DNA of 24,000 bases, taken from Pseudoxanthomonas kaohsiungensis (GTDB lineage Bacteria; Pseudomonadota; Gammaproteobacteria; Xanthomonadales; Xanthomonadaceae). Position numbers and translations under genes: made by a program. This document shows positions 14,103 through 24,000 of the stretch, in pieces. How positions within the stretch are numbered: position 1 is the first letter of the stretch; each line of letters begins with the position of its first letter. The notes under the pieces were generated by a model that did no database searches, had not been told where the DNA came from, and saw only the letters and a list, made by a program, of their open reading frames with translations. The stretch is taken from NCBI RefSeq assembly GCF_010211765.1, contig NZ_PDWO01000002.1:139581-163580 (forward strand). Direction: 5' to 3'.

Positions 14103-15545
14103 ATGACCTATTTCGAAACGGCCTGGGCCTGGCTTGGCGAGCTGCCCGCCCTGGGGCTCTACCTCCTCCTCGCCTGGCTGGCATACGTGCTCGGCCTGAG
14201 CCTTTGGATCATCCTGCAGAAGCGGGAGCCGGTGGCCACGCTCAGCTGGGTGATGTCGCTGGCATTGCTGCCCTATGTCGGCTTCCTGATCTACTTCCTG
14301 CTCGGCCCGCAGAAGATCCAGCGCCAGCGGCTGCGCCGCGGGCGGTCGCGTTCGGGCCTGGAGCAGTTCTCCACGCCCAATGGCGACAAGCCCGAATGCC
14401 TGGAACTGGCGCGGCTGGGCCAGGCCACCACGGGCCTTCCGCCTTCCAGCGCCACTTCCGCGCAGTGGCTGGTCGATGGACACGCGAAGTACGAGGCGCT
14501 GTTGTCGGCCATCGCCGATGCCCGCCACCACGTGCACCTGGAGTACTACATCTGGGCACCGGACAAGACCGGCTTGCGCCTGCGCGACGCGCTCGTGGAC
14601 CGCGCCCGCGAAGGGATCCAGGTGCGCTTGCTGCTCGACGCGGTCGGTGCCGGCGGCATGCGCCGGCGCCACCTGCGGCCGTTGCTGGACGCCGGCGCGG
14701 AGATCGGCTGGTTCCATCCGACGAAGTTCAGGCCGTTTACGCGGCCGTGGCTCAACCTGCGCAGCCACCGCAAGATCGTCGTGGTCGACGGCCGGGTGGG
14801 CTTCGTCGGCGGGATCAACGTCACCGACGAGGAGAACGAGGCATTGCGGACCGATGCGTTCCGCGACCTGCACCTGCGCCTGGAGGGCCAGGTGGTGCGC
14901 AGCCTGCAGCTGGTGTTCGTGGAAGACTGGGTCTATGCCGCCGGCTGCGACCCGCGCGCATTCGGCGAGGCCGAATACTGGCCGCAGCTGGAGGACGGCA
15001 CGATCGGCGCGCAGGTCCTCGTGTCCGGCCCGGATTCGTCATGGGAGGCGATCCACCGCCTGAAAGTGGCGGCGATCCACGAGGCCAGGCGGCGGGTCTG
15101 GCTGGTCACGCCCTACTTCGTGCCGGGCGAGGCGGCGCGCATGGCGCTGACCTCGGCAGCGCTGGGCGGCCTGGACACGCGCCTGCTGGTGCCGCGCCGG
15201 AGCGACTCCCGCCTGGCCACGCTCGCAGCGAGGTCGTACTTCGACGAGCTGCTCAAGGCGGGCGTGAAGGTCTACGAGTACGGGCCTCGGATGCTCCACA
15301 CCAAGGCCCTGCTCGTCGACGAAGACCTGTGCATCGTCGGCAGCGCGAACTTCGACCACCGCAGCTTCAGGCTCAACTTCGAGATCTCGGCGATGTTGCG
15401 CGACCAGGACAGCTGCCAGGCGCTGGAGCGGCTGCTCGGGGGCGAGTTCGACCAGGCGGAGCGGGTCCGCGTCGACCGGCCGATGGGCCTGTGGCGGCAC
15501 CGCCTGCCGGAAGCGTTCGCCCGCCTGCTCTCGCCATTGCTGTAG
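14103..15545 (+). CDS. cls: Cardiolipin synthase (phospholipase D superfamily)
   Basis: 480 aa. Two N-terminal TM helices are followed by two HKD motifs, [19 protein letters not shown] and [23 protein letters not shown]. Confidence 0.92.
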   Translation: MTYFETAWAWLGELPALGLYLLLAWLAYVLGLSLWIILQKREPVATLSWVMSLALLPYVGFLIYFLLGPQKIQRQRLRRGRSRSGLEQFSTPNGDKPECLELARLGQATTGLPPSSATSAQWLVDGHAKYEALLSAIADARHHVHLEYYIWAPDKTGLRLRDALVDRAREGIQVRLLLDAVGAGGMRRRHLRPLLDAGAEIGWFHPTKFRPFTRPWLNLRSHRKIVVVDGRVGFVGGINVTDEENEALRTDAFRDLHLRLEGQVVRSLQLVFVEDWVYAAGCDPRAFGEAEYWPQLEDGTIGAQVLVSGPDSSWEAIHRLKVAAIHEARRRVWLVTPYFVPGEAARMALTSAALGGLDTRLLVPRRSDSRLATLAARSYFDELLKAGVKVYEYGPRMLHTKALLVDEDLCIVGSANFDHRSFRLNFEISAMLRDQDSCQALERLLGGEFDQAERVRVDRPMGLWRHRLPEAFARLLSPLL

Positions 15546-15665
15546 CGGCACGACGGGCGGATCGCGGCGACGGACGCGCGGGTGGCAGGGGCGCCCGCCG
15601 AAGCGGCATCATGACCGCGCCCGGCGGCATCTGCGCCGCCAGGCCATCTTCCGGGGAGGTCCGCG

Positions 15666-15947
15666 ATGCACTGGTTCTACCTGCTCCTGTCCTTTGGCGC
15701 GCTGCTGCTGGCGATCACCACCGTGCACGGCTGGCTCCTCCTGCTGTCGTTGCTGGCGGCGCTGGGATTCTTCCTCGCCTGGATCCGCGGCTGGTATCTC
15801 GACCGGATCGGCGGGCGCCAGCAGAACGAGCTGGCGATGATCGACCCGGCCGAGCTGCGCCGGCTGCGCGAGCTGGCGGAGGCGCGCAAGCGCGAGGCCG
15901 CCCCCGCGAGCGCGCCGCCGCAGGGGCCGGCACCGCCAGCCGCATGA
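15666..15947 (+). CDS. Small two-TM membrane protein of unknown function with a charged C-terminal tail
   Basis: 93 aa, [44 protein letters not shown]... A strong SD (GGGGAGG) lies 7 nt upstream. Its stop overlaps the pdxJ start (ATGA at 15944-15947), implying translational coupling. Confidence 0.55.
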   Translation: MHWFYLLLSFGALLLAITTVHGWLLLLSLLAALGFFLAWIRGWYLDRIGGRQQNELAMIDPAELRRLRELAEARKREAAPASAPPQGPAPPAA

Positions 15948-16708
15948 GCACGCACCTCAGCGTCAACGTCAACAAGGTCGCCGTGCTGCGCAACTCGCGC
16001 GGCGGCCGCGAGCCTGACGTACTGGCGGCCGCGCTCGCCTGCCTCGAGGCCGGCGCCCAGGGCATCACCGTCCACCCGCGCCCCGACCGCCGGCATATCG
16101 TGGCCGAGGACCTGCCGCCGCTGGCCGCGCTGGTGCGACGGTTCGGCGTGGAACTGAACATCGAAGGCAATCCGTTTGCGCCACCGCGTCCCGGCTATCC
16201 CGGCCTGCTCGCGCTGTGCGAGCAGGTTCGCCCCGCGCAGGTGACCCTGGTGCCGGACAGCGACGGCCAGCTGACATCCGACCATGGCTTCACCTTCGAC
16301 GGCGACAACGCGGCGCTGGCGTCCCAGGTGGCTGCGTTCAAGGCACTGGGCTGCCGGCTGAGCCTGTTCGTCGATGCGGGCGTCGCCGGCCTGGAGAAGG
16401 CTGCCGCGCTCGGCGCGGACCGCATCGAGATCTATACCGGGCCGTTCGCCGAGGCCTTCGCCGCAGGCGATGCAGCCAGCGAGCTGGCGTTGTGCGCCGA
16501 TACGGCGCGGCGCGCGCGGGTCGCCGGACTGGGCGTCAATGCCGGGCATGACCTGTCGCAGGCGAACCTCGGCGCGTTCCTGGCCCAGGTGCCGGGCGTT
16601 CTGGAGGTCTCGATCGGCCACGCACTGATCGGCGAAGCCCTCTACGACGGCCTGGATGCTACCGTCCGCGCCTACCTGGCCATCGCGGCAGGCGCCGACC
16701 CGGCCTGA
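15944..16708 (+). CDS. pdxJ: Pyridoxine 5'-phosphate synthase
   Basis: 254 aa from the ATG at 15944. N-terminus is [27 protein letters not shown]...[13 protein letters not shown], and the C-terminal GVNAGHDL and EVSIGHALI motifs are typical of PdxJ. Confidence 0.92.
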   Translation: MSTHLSVNVNKVAVLRNSRGGREPDVLAAALACLEAGAQGITVHPRPDRRHIVAEDLPPLAALVRRFGVELNIEGNPFAPPRPGYPGLLALCEQVRPAQVTLVPDSDGQLTSDHGFTFDGDNAALASQVAAFKALGCRLSLFVDAGVAGLEKAAALGADRIEIYTGPFAEAFAAGDAASELALCADTARRARVAGLGVNAGHDLSQANLGAFLAQVPGVLEVSIGHALIGEALYDGLDATVRAYLAIAAGADPA

Positions 16709-16744
16709 CGCCACGTCGCTCGCGGCGGCCAAGGCCGCAAAAGA

Positions 16745-16768
16745 AAACGCCGCCCGGAGGCGGCGTTT
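16745..16768. terminator. Bidirectional intrinsic terminator between convergent pdxJ and exbD2
   Basis: AAACGCCGCC-CGGA-GGCGGCGTTT forms a 10-bp stem. The minus-strand transcript is followed by TTTTCTTTT and the plus-strand one by TTTCA. Confidence 0.7.
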
Positions 16769-16830
16769 CACGGCGCTGGGTCCCCGGTCGCCGCCGCTGC
16801 AGGGGCGGCTTCCGTGGACGTCACCGTCTA

Positions 16831-17244
16831 CTACGGCTGGACGAAGTTGATCTTCTTCATGTCCGCGTTCTTGGCCGAAGCGAGCACCCGCGCCATGACC
16901 TCGTACTCCGAGTCGGCGCTGGCGTCGATGCGCAGCTCCGGCTGGTTGGTCGGGTCGCGCTGCACTTCGGTCTCCATCATCTGCGGCAGCGCGGTCACCG
17001 AGACCGGGCTGTTGTTCCAGAAGATCTGGTTGGACGCGTCGATGCGCAGCTCGATCGGCGGCGGCGGCTCCTTCGTGACCGGCGGCGGGTTGATCACCCG
17101 CTGCGGGAGGGCCACGTCGATCGGGTAGGTCATGATCGGCGCGGTCACGATGAAGATGATCAACAGCACCAGCATCACGTCCACGAGGGGCGTGACGTTG
17201 ATGTCGGCCATGGGGCCCTTGCCGGAACCGGAACTGAAAGCCAT
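16831..17244 (-). CDS. exbD2: ExbD/TolR-family biopolymer transport protein (second copy)
   Basis: 137 aa, [36 protein letters not shown]... It is the last gene of a tonB-exbB-exbD-exbD series, the arrangement described for Xanthomonas campestris. Confidence 0.9.
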   Translation of the reverse strand: MAFSSGSGKGPMADINVTPLVDVMLVLLIIFIVTAPIMTYPIDVALPQRVINPPPVTKEPPPPIELRIDASNQIFWNNSPVSVTALPQMMETEVQRDPTNQPELRIDASADSEYEVMARVLASAKNADMKKINFVQP

Positions 17245-17247
17245 GGC

Positions 17248-17670
17248 TTACTGACCCTTCTCTTTGGTGGCGACGAAGCCGATGTCCAGCATGCCGTTGC
17301 GCTGCGCGATCTGGGTGATGTCGTTGATCGTGCGCATCTTCGTGGTCTTGTCACCACGAAGGTTCAACTTGGGCTGGGGCACCTGCTGCGCGCTGCTGGA
17401 CAGGCGCGACTCGAGGATCTCGCGCGAGATCTCCTCGTCGTTCCAGAACAGCGAGCCATCCTCCTTCACCGAGATGGTGATGGGCATGACCCGCGGTTCG
17501 TCCTCGTCCTTGGCGACGACGTCCGTTTCCGGCAGCTCGATCTTCACTTTGTGCTGCATCAGCGGCGCGGTGATGATGAAGATGATGAGCAGCACCAGCA
17601 TCACGTCCACGAGGGGCGTGACGTTGATGTCGGCCATCGGGCCGCCGCTGTTGTCAGAACTGAAGGCCAT
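17248..17670 (-). CDS. exbD1: ExbD/TolR-family biopolymer transport protein (first copy)
   Basis: 140 aa, [36 protein letters not shown]... It lies 3 nt upstream of exbD2. Confidence 0.9.
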   Translation of the reverse strand: MAFSSDNSGGPMADINVTPLVDVMLVLLIIFIITAPLMQHKVKIELPETDVVAKDEDEPRVMPITISVKEDGSLFWNDEEISREILESRLSSSAQQVPQPKLNLRGDKTTKMRTINDITQIAQRNGMLDIGFVATKEKGQ

Positions 17671-17714
17671 GCGGGCTCTCCGTTACGTGCCTGGATCGTT
17701 CTTCGGGTACCGGC

Positions 17715-18470
17715 TCAGCGAACGCGCGAGCCGGTGGCGAAGAAGTCGTGCAGATCGTGGGCGAACGAATCGAACTTGGCGATCGTCGAGCTGTTGATCT
17801 TGCTGAAGAAGTTGTAGGCGAACACGGCCGGGATCGCGACGAACAGGCCGATCGCGGTCATGATCAGCGCTTCACCCACCGGGCCGGCGACGGCGTCGAT
17901 CGAGGCGGAGCCGGTGGCACCGATCTTGATCAGCGCGCCGTAGATGCCCCACACGGTACCCAGCAGGCCCACGAAGGGAGCGGTCGCGCCGACGGTCGCC
18001 AGCAGCACCATGCCCGACTGCAGCCTGGAGCTTTCGCGGGTCACGGCCTGGCGCAGGGCGCGATCGACGAACTCCGAGCGGGTCAGGGTCTCGCCGAGGC
18101 CGGCACCGGTGCCTTCCGAACGCTGGTGGTGGGCGGCGGCCTGGGCGGCGTCCAGGGCGATCTTGGAGAACGGCTCGCTGCGCGGCTGCTCTTCCATCAC
18201 GCGGATGGCTTCCTGGGCGTTCGGGGCGTCCCAGAACGCGTTGACGACGCGGTCCGCGTACGACTTCAGGCGGGTGTTCTTGATGGCGTTGAAGATGGTC
18301 CAGTACCAGGACGCGGCCGACATGAAGACCAGCGTCAGCAGCACGATCCAGGAAACGGCGAATTCGCCCGGATTGGCGATCATCTCGGACAGAAGGTGGT
18401 CGAAGCCCATCTGCGTGAGGGCCGATGCGTTGCCCCCGGCGGCGGCGGCGATGAAGAGTTCCTGCAGCAT
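17715..18470 (-). CDS. exbB: ExbB (MotA/TolQ/ExbB proton-channel family)
   Basis: 251 aa with three TM helices and the conserved C-terminal block APFVGLLGTVWGIYGALIKIG...VAGPVGEALIMTAIGLFVAIPAVFAYNFF. Confidence 0.9.
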   Translation of the reverse strand: MLQELFIAAAAGGNASALTQMGFDHLLSEMIANPGEFAVSWIVLLTLVFMSAASWYWTIFNAIKNTRLKSYADRVVNAFWDAPNAQEAIRVMEEQPRSEPFSKIALDAAQAAAHHQRSEGTGAGLGETLTRSEFVDRALRQAVTRESSRLQSGMVLLATVGATAPFVGLLGTVWGIYGALIKIGATGSASIDAVAGPVGEALIMTAIGLFVAIPAVFAYNFFSKINSSTIAKFDSFAHDLHDFFATGSRVR

Positions 18471-18528
18471 GACGCTTACCTTTGGTTTGATTGGTGGAGA
18501 AGGAAGGCGGAAACGCTAGGCCCGGTTG

Positions 18529-18552
18529 CCGTGGCGGCGGACACCGCCACGG
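18529..18552 (-). other. Perfect 9-bp-stem hairpin in the tonB-exbB spacer
   Basis: CCGTGGCGG-N6-CCGCCACGG lies 11 nt after the tonB stop. There is no U-tract, so it is possibly an attenuator or processing/stability element. Confidence 0.4.
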
Positions 18553-18562
18553 AGTGCGGACA

Positions 18563-19228
<666 letters not shown>

Positions 19229-19260
19229 GCGCCTAGTAACTCAGGTGTGGGGCCAGGCCG

Positions 19261-19280
19261 CCGGTGGGAATTTCCACCGG
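19261..19280. promoter_or_regulatory. 20-bp near-perfect palindrome in the tonB upstream region; candidate operator
   Basis: CCGGTGG-GAATTT-CCACCGG has 7-bp perfect arms and lies 33-52 nt upstream of the tonB ATG. Confidence 0.3.
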
Positions 19281-19334
19281 GCAGCCCAGATTCTCGCGGG
19301 TGACACCGCATGAACCGCCAAGCATATACCAATC

Positions 19335-19359
19335 CCGCGCCCCTGTGCCTAGGGCGCGG
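19335..19359 (-). terminator. Hairpin after the TPR-protein gene; candidate terminator
   Basis: CCGCGCCC-N9-GGGCGCGG forms an 8-bp stem starting 16 nt after the stop. On the minus strand it is followed by GATTGGTATAT, a weak U-tract. Confidence 0.4.
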
Positions 19360-19374
19360 CGCTTTTCCGTGACG

Positions 19375-20553
19375 TCACTTCAAGTTGATGATTTTCCTGG
19401 CATCCTCGGGCTTCTTGACGCCCTTGGCCAAGGCCTGCTGGGCGGCCTGCTTGGCCTCGGGGACGCGGCCTTCCTGCCACAGGACCCGCGCCAGGTTGAG
19501 GTAGGTCTCACCGTCCTTCGACATCGGCGCGGCCTTCTGCCAGTTCTCGATCGCCTGCGGGATCTGCTCGCTGTAGTAGTACGACTGCGCCAGCGCCAGG
19601 TAGGTCTGGTGGTCCGGCTTCAGCACGCCCTTCTGCATGCCTTCGTTGATCACCGAGATGACGTCCTTCTCGCGACCGTCCATGTTGGCGTAGGTGATGT
19701 AGAGCTGGCGGTACTCGCGCTCGTCGCTGAGCTGGCCCGAGGCGCGCAGCTTCTCGAGCACGCCGGCGGCCTTGTCCATCTGGTCGGCCTGGGCATAAAC
19801 CGTGGCCAGGTTCATCTGGGCCTTCTTGTCGGCCGGATTCTTCGCCGCCAGCTTCTCGGCCAGCGCGACCGCGTCGGCATTCTGGTTGGCTTCGGCGTAG
19901 GAGGCCATCAGCAGCTGGACCCAGCTGTCCTTCGGCTCGGGGCTGCTGTCGACGGCCTGCTTCAGCACCGGGATCGCCTCCTGGAAGCGCTCCATCTGGT
20001 ACAGCGCCTGGCCCTTGAGCACCAGGTCGTCCGGCTTGGTCGACTTGGTTTCCGACAGGTAGCGGTCAAGCGTGGCCAGGCCCGCCTGGTACTCGTCGTC
20101 GGCCAGCTGCAGCTGCGCCAGCATCAGCATCGACTGGTAGTGGCCATTGTTCTCCAGGCCGTTGAACTGCAGCACCTGCTGCAGGTAGGCCTTGGCCGCG
20201 GCGGTGTCGTCGAGGTTGTACGCGGCCTGCGCGGCGAGCTGCGATGCCAGCGACTTGTCGTACTCGTTGGCGCCCTCCAGGGCGATCAGCTCGTCGGCGA
20301 GCGTGCGGGTCTGCGCGTAATCTTCCTCGTTGTACACGTCGATGAGCTTCTGCAGCGGCTTGCCCGCCTTCTTCGACGTCTTGGCTTCCGGTTGCTGCCG
20401 GGTCGCCTCCGGGTACAGCACTTCGGCCTTCTCGGACTTCTCGGACTTCTTGCTCGAGCGCGAGGATTGGGCCGATGCGTCGGCCACCACCATGCCACCG
20501 AGCGCGGCGCCGATGAAGATCGACAGGAGGACGTGCTTGCTGCGGAGTTTCAT
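19375..20553 (-). CDS. Secreted tetratricopeptide-repeat (TPR) protein
   Basis: 392 aa with signal peptide MKLRSKHVLLSIFIGAALGGMVVADASA. A Lys/Ser/Glu-rich linker is followed by multiple 34-aa TPR-like units (e.g. AKAYLQQVLQF, ALYQMERFQEAIPVLKQAV, LARVLWQEGRVPEAKQAAQQAL). SD GAGGTGA precedes the ATG. Confidence 0.8.
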   Translation of the reverse strand: MKLRSKHVLLSIFIGAALGGMVVADASAQSSRSSKKSEKSEKAEVLYPEATRQQPEAKTSKKAGKPLQKLIDVYNEEDYAQTRTLADELIALEGANEYDKSLASQLAAQAAYNLDDTAAAKAYLQQVLQFNGLENNGHYQSMLMLAQLQLADDEYQAGLATLDRYLSETKSTKPDDLVLKGQALYQMERFQEAIPVLKQAVDSSPEPKDSWVQLLMASYAEANQNADAVALAEKLAAKNPADKKAQMNLATVYAQADQMDKAAGVLEKLRASGQLSDEREYRQLYITYANMDGREKDVISVINEGMQKGVLKPDHQTYLALAQSYYYSEQIPQAIENWQKAAPMSKDGETYLNLARVLWQEGRVPEAKQAAQQALAKGVKKPEDARKIINLK

Positions 20554-20664
20554 TGAATCACCTCGTGCGGAGCTCCGCCGGCAGGCGGGGCGGGAACCGG
20601 GTCGGCAACGCTAACAGAACCGGCTTTCTTACGGAATGCCACCAAAAGTGCGTTGTACCGCGGG

Positions 20665-21477
20665 TCAGGAACCGCACCGGGGCGTATGGCCGGCCTTGCG
20701 CGCGGCCTCGTAAACGGGCTGCAGCGAGGGCGTCCGCGCCTCCAGCGCCCGGATCCGGTTCTGTGGATCGGGATGCGTCGACAGCCATTCCGGCGAGCGG
20801 TTCGCCGATGCGGCCACCATGTTCTGCCACAGGTCTACGGCCTGGCCCGGATCGAAGCCGGCTTGCGCCATCAGCTGCTGGCCGATCTGGTCGGACTCGG
20901 TTTCCTGCGTGCGCGAGAACGGCAGCAGCAGGCCCATTTGCGCCAGCGTGCCGCCGCCCTGGGTGACCAGGTCCGAACCGGCCTGTCCGTAGCGGGCACC
21001 GGCCAGCGCGCCCAGCACCGCCAGGCCGGTCGAGGTGGCGCTCTGCCGGGATACGCGCTCGTTGGTGTGGCGCGCATAGACGTGGCCGATCTCATGGCCG
21101 ATCACTGCCGCCAGCTGGTCCTGGTTCTTCGCCACCGTGAACATCCCGGTGTTCACGCCAACCTTGCCCCCCGGTAGCGCGAACGCGTTCGGACTGTCGT
21201 CGACGAATACCGCCGTTTCCCACTGCAGCTGGCGCCATTCGGGTGGCAGCTGCGCGACCAGGGCCTTGACCACGCATTGCACGTACGCGCTCTGCTGGCC
21301 CCCGGTCTGGGTCTTCTGCTTGCTCTTCATCTCGGCGAACGCCTGCGCGCCCATCTGGTTGAGCTGGCTGTCCGAATAGGCCATGTACTGCGTACGGCCG
21401 GTCGGCGACGTCGTGGTCGCGCATGCGGCCAGACCCGCCCCGAGCGCCACCGCCACTCCCAGATGCTTCCAGCGCAT
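20665..21477 (-). CDS. M48-family zinc metalloprotease lipoprotein (YcaL/LoiP-like)
   Basis: 270 aa with lipobox MRWKHLGVAVALGAGLAAC. The zinc motif HEIGHV lies in LAAVIGHEIGHVYARH, with the downstream ESDQIG Glu ligand region. Confidence 0.88.
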   Translation of the reverse strand: MRWKHLGVAVALGAGLAACATTTSPTGRTQYMAYSDSQLNQMGAQAFAEMKSKQKTQTGGQQSAYVQCVVKALVAQLPPEWRQLQWETAVFVDDSPNAFALPGGKVGVNTGMFTVAKNQDQLAAVIGHEIGHVYARHTNERVSRQSATSTGLAVLGALAGARYGQAGSDLVTQGGGTLAQMGLLLPFSRTQETESDQIGQQLMAQAGFDPGQAVDLWQNMVAASANRSPEWLSTHPDPQNRIRALEARTPSLQPVYEAARKAGHTPRCGS

Positions 21478-21549
21478 GTTCGACTCCCGCCCTGTTCACT
21501 TTCGCGTTCAGTGTCCGCGCTGGCGGCTTAACTTTTCGTCAAACCCGCG

Positions 21550-22353
21550 TCAGGCGAGCCCGTGCACGGCCAGGGCGATGCCGTTGTTCAGCGCGTGTGC
21601 AAGGAACGGCGCCCACAGCGATCCGGTGCGCCAGTAAAGCCAGGCGAAGGCCGCACCCATGCCGCCATAGATGAGCCAGAGCTGCACTACCGCCAGCGGC
21701 GGATTGGCGCTGATGCCAGGCACCTCGTGGACCAGCGCGAAGGCCACGCTGCTCACCAGTATGCCGAGCCACGGCCGGCCCGCGGCCAGGAACCGGCCGA
21801 AGAACACCCGCCGGAACAGCAGTTCCTCATAGGCCGGGGCCAGCAGCACCGCGAACAGGAAAAGGAAAACCGGCCATTGCCGGGAGGCTTCTTCGACCAG
21901 CGCCAGGTTGGTCGGTACCGGCGCGCTGCCTGCCTGTTCGCCGAGCCAGCCCAGCAACGAGCTGCCGAGGAACACCGCCACGCCCACGAGCACTGTCCAC
22001 CCCCAGGTGGCGCGTTGCCGCAGTGCGGCATGGGCCAGCGCCCGCTCGGCCGCATCGGCGCGTCGGCGCCAGAAGTAGAGCACCAGCGCCGCGAACGAGG
22101 TCGCGCCCAGGGCAAAGAGCATCTGCGCCAGCGCACCGGGATGGCCGATGCCTGCCTGGATCGCGGCTGCATCGCGGCCGACTTCGCCTGCCACCGCCAT
22201 CGCACGCCAGGCGGTCCAGATTGCGGCAGCGGCAAGAGTTCCACCAATCACCAGCACGACCGCGATCAGGGCATCGAAGGCGAACGCGCGCAGCAGCGGG
22301 AACACCGAAGCGGCCGGGACCGGCGGCCGTGCCTGCCGCGGCTCCCCGGCCAT
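21550..22353 (-). CDS. CPBP-family intramembrane glutamic endopeptidase (CAAX protease-like)
   Basis: 267 aa and polytopic. The three CPBP motifs are present: EELLFRR, FALVHE and HALNN. Confidence 0.85.
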   Translation of the reverse strand: MAGEPRQARPPVPAASVFPLLRAFAFDALIAVVLVIGGTLAAAAIWTAWRAMAVAGEVGRDAAAIQAGIGHPGALAQMLFALGATSFAALVLYFWRRRADAAERALAHAALRQRATWGWTVLVGVAVFLGSSLLGWLGEQAGSAPVPTNLALVEEASRQWPVFLFLFAVLLAPAYEELLFRRVFFGRFLAAGRPWLGILVSSVAFALVHEVPGISANPPLAVVQLWLIYGGMGAAFAWLYWRTGSLWAPFLAHALNNGIALAVHGLA

Positions 22354-22369
22354 GTCCGTCGACGCGGGA

Positions 22370-24000
<1,631 letters not shown>

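Overview
This is a very GC-rich gammaproteobacterial chromosome segment. Gene content and order look Xanthomonadaceae/Lysobacteraceae-like: gyrB, then tonB-exbB-exbD1-exbD2, pdxJ and cls, plus GTAG-type REP palindromes. That taxonomic placement is inference. Reading left to right: (1) a hexuronate/pectin-product locus with the 3' end of a TRAP DctM permease, a LacI-family regulator, kduI, kduD and a secreted SGNH esterase fused to a cupin. (2) A sigma-54 enhancer-binding protein (EBP) with a degenerate receiver domain. (3) On the minus strand, a complete six-gene fapABCDEF-type functional-amyloid operon (6863-12686) with a near-consensus sigma-54 (-24/-12) promoter directly upstream of fapA. 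(4) Housekeeping genes: radical SAM protein, cardiolipin synthase, a small membrane ORF, pdxJ, exbD2, exbD1, exbB, tonB, a TPR protein, an M48 lipoprotein protease, a CPBP intramembrane protease and the 3' part of gyrB. The accessory, most interesting part is the fap cluster. It belongs to a known family (Pseudomonas Fap amyloid), so it is not a wholly new system. Its local details are unusual. The FapC is 507 aa with an acidic Thr/Asn-rich N-terminal extension, a canonical EF-hand-type Ca-binding loop in the R2-R3 linker, a poly-Gly C-terminus and no cysteines. Two strong hairpins follow fapC, and the operon appears to be under sigma-54/EBP control. No tRNA, rRNA, CRISPR array, transposase or integrase was seen. 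Many long ORFs in the supplied track are GC-driven shadow frames overlapping the real genes.
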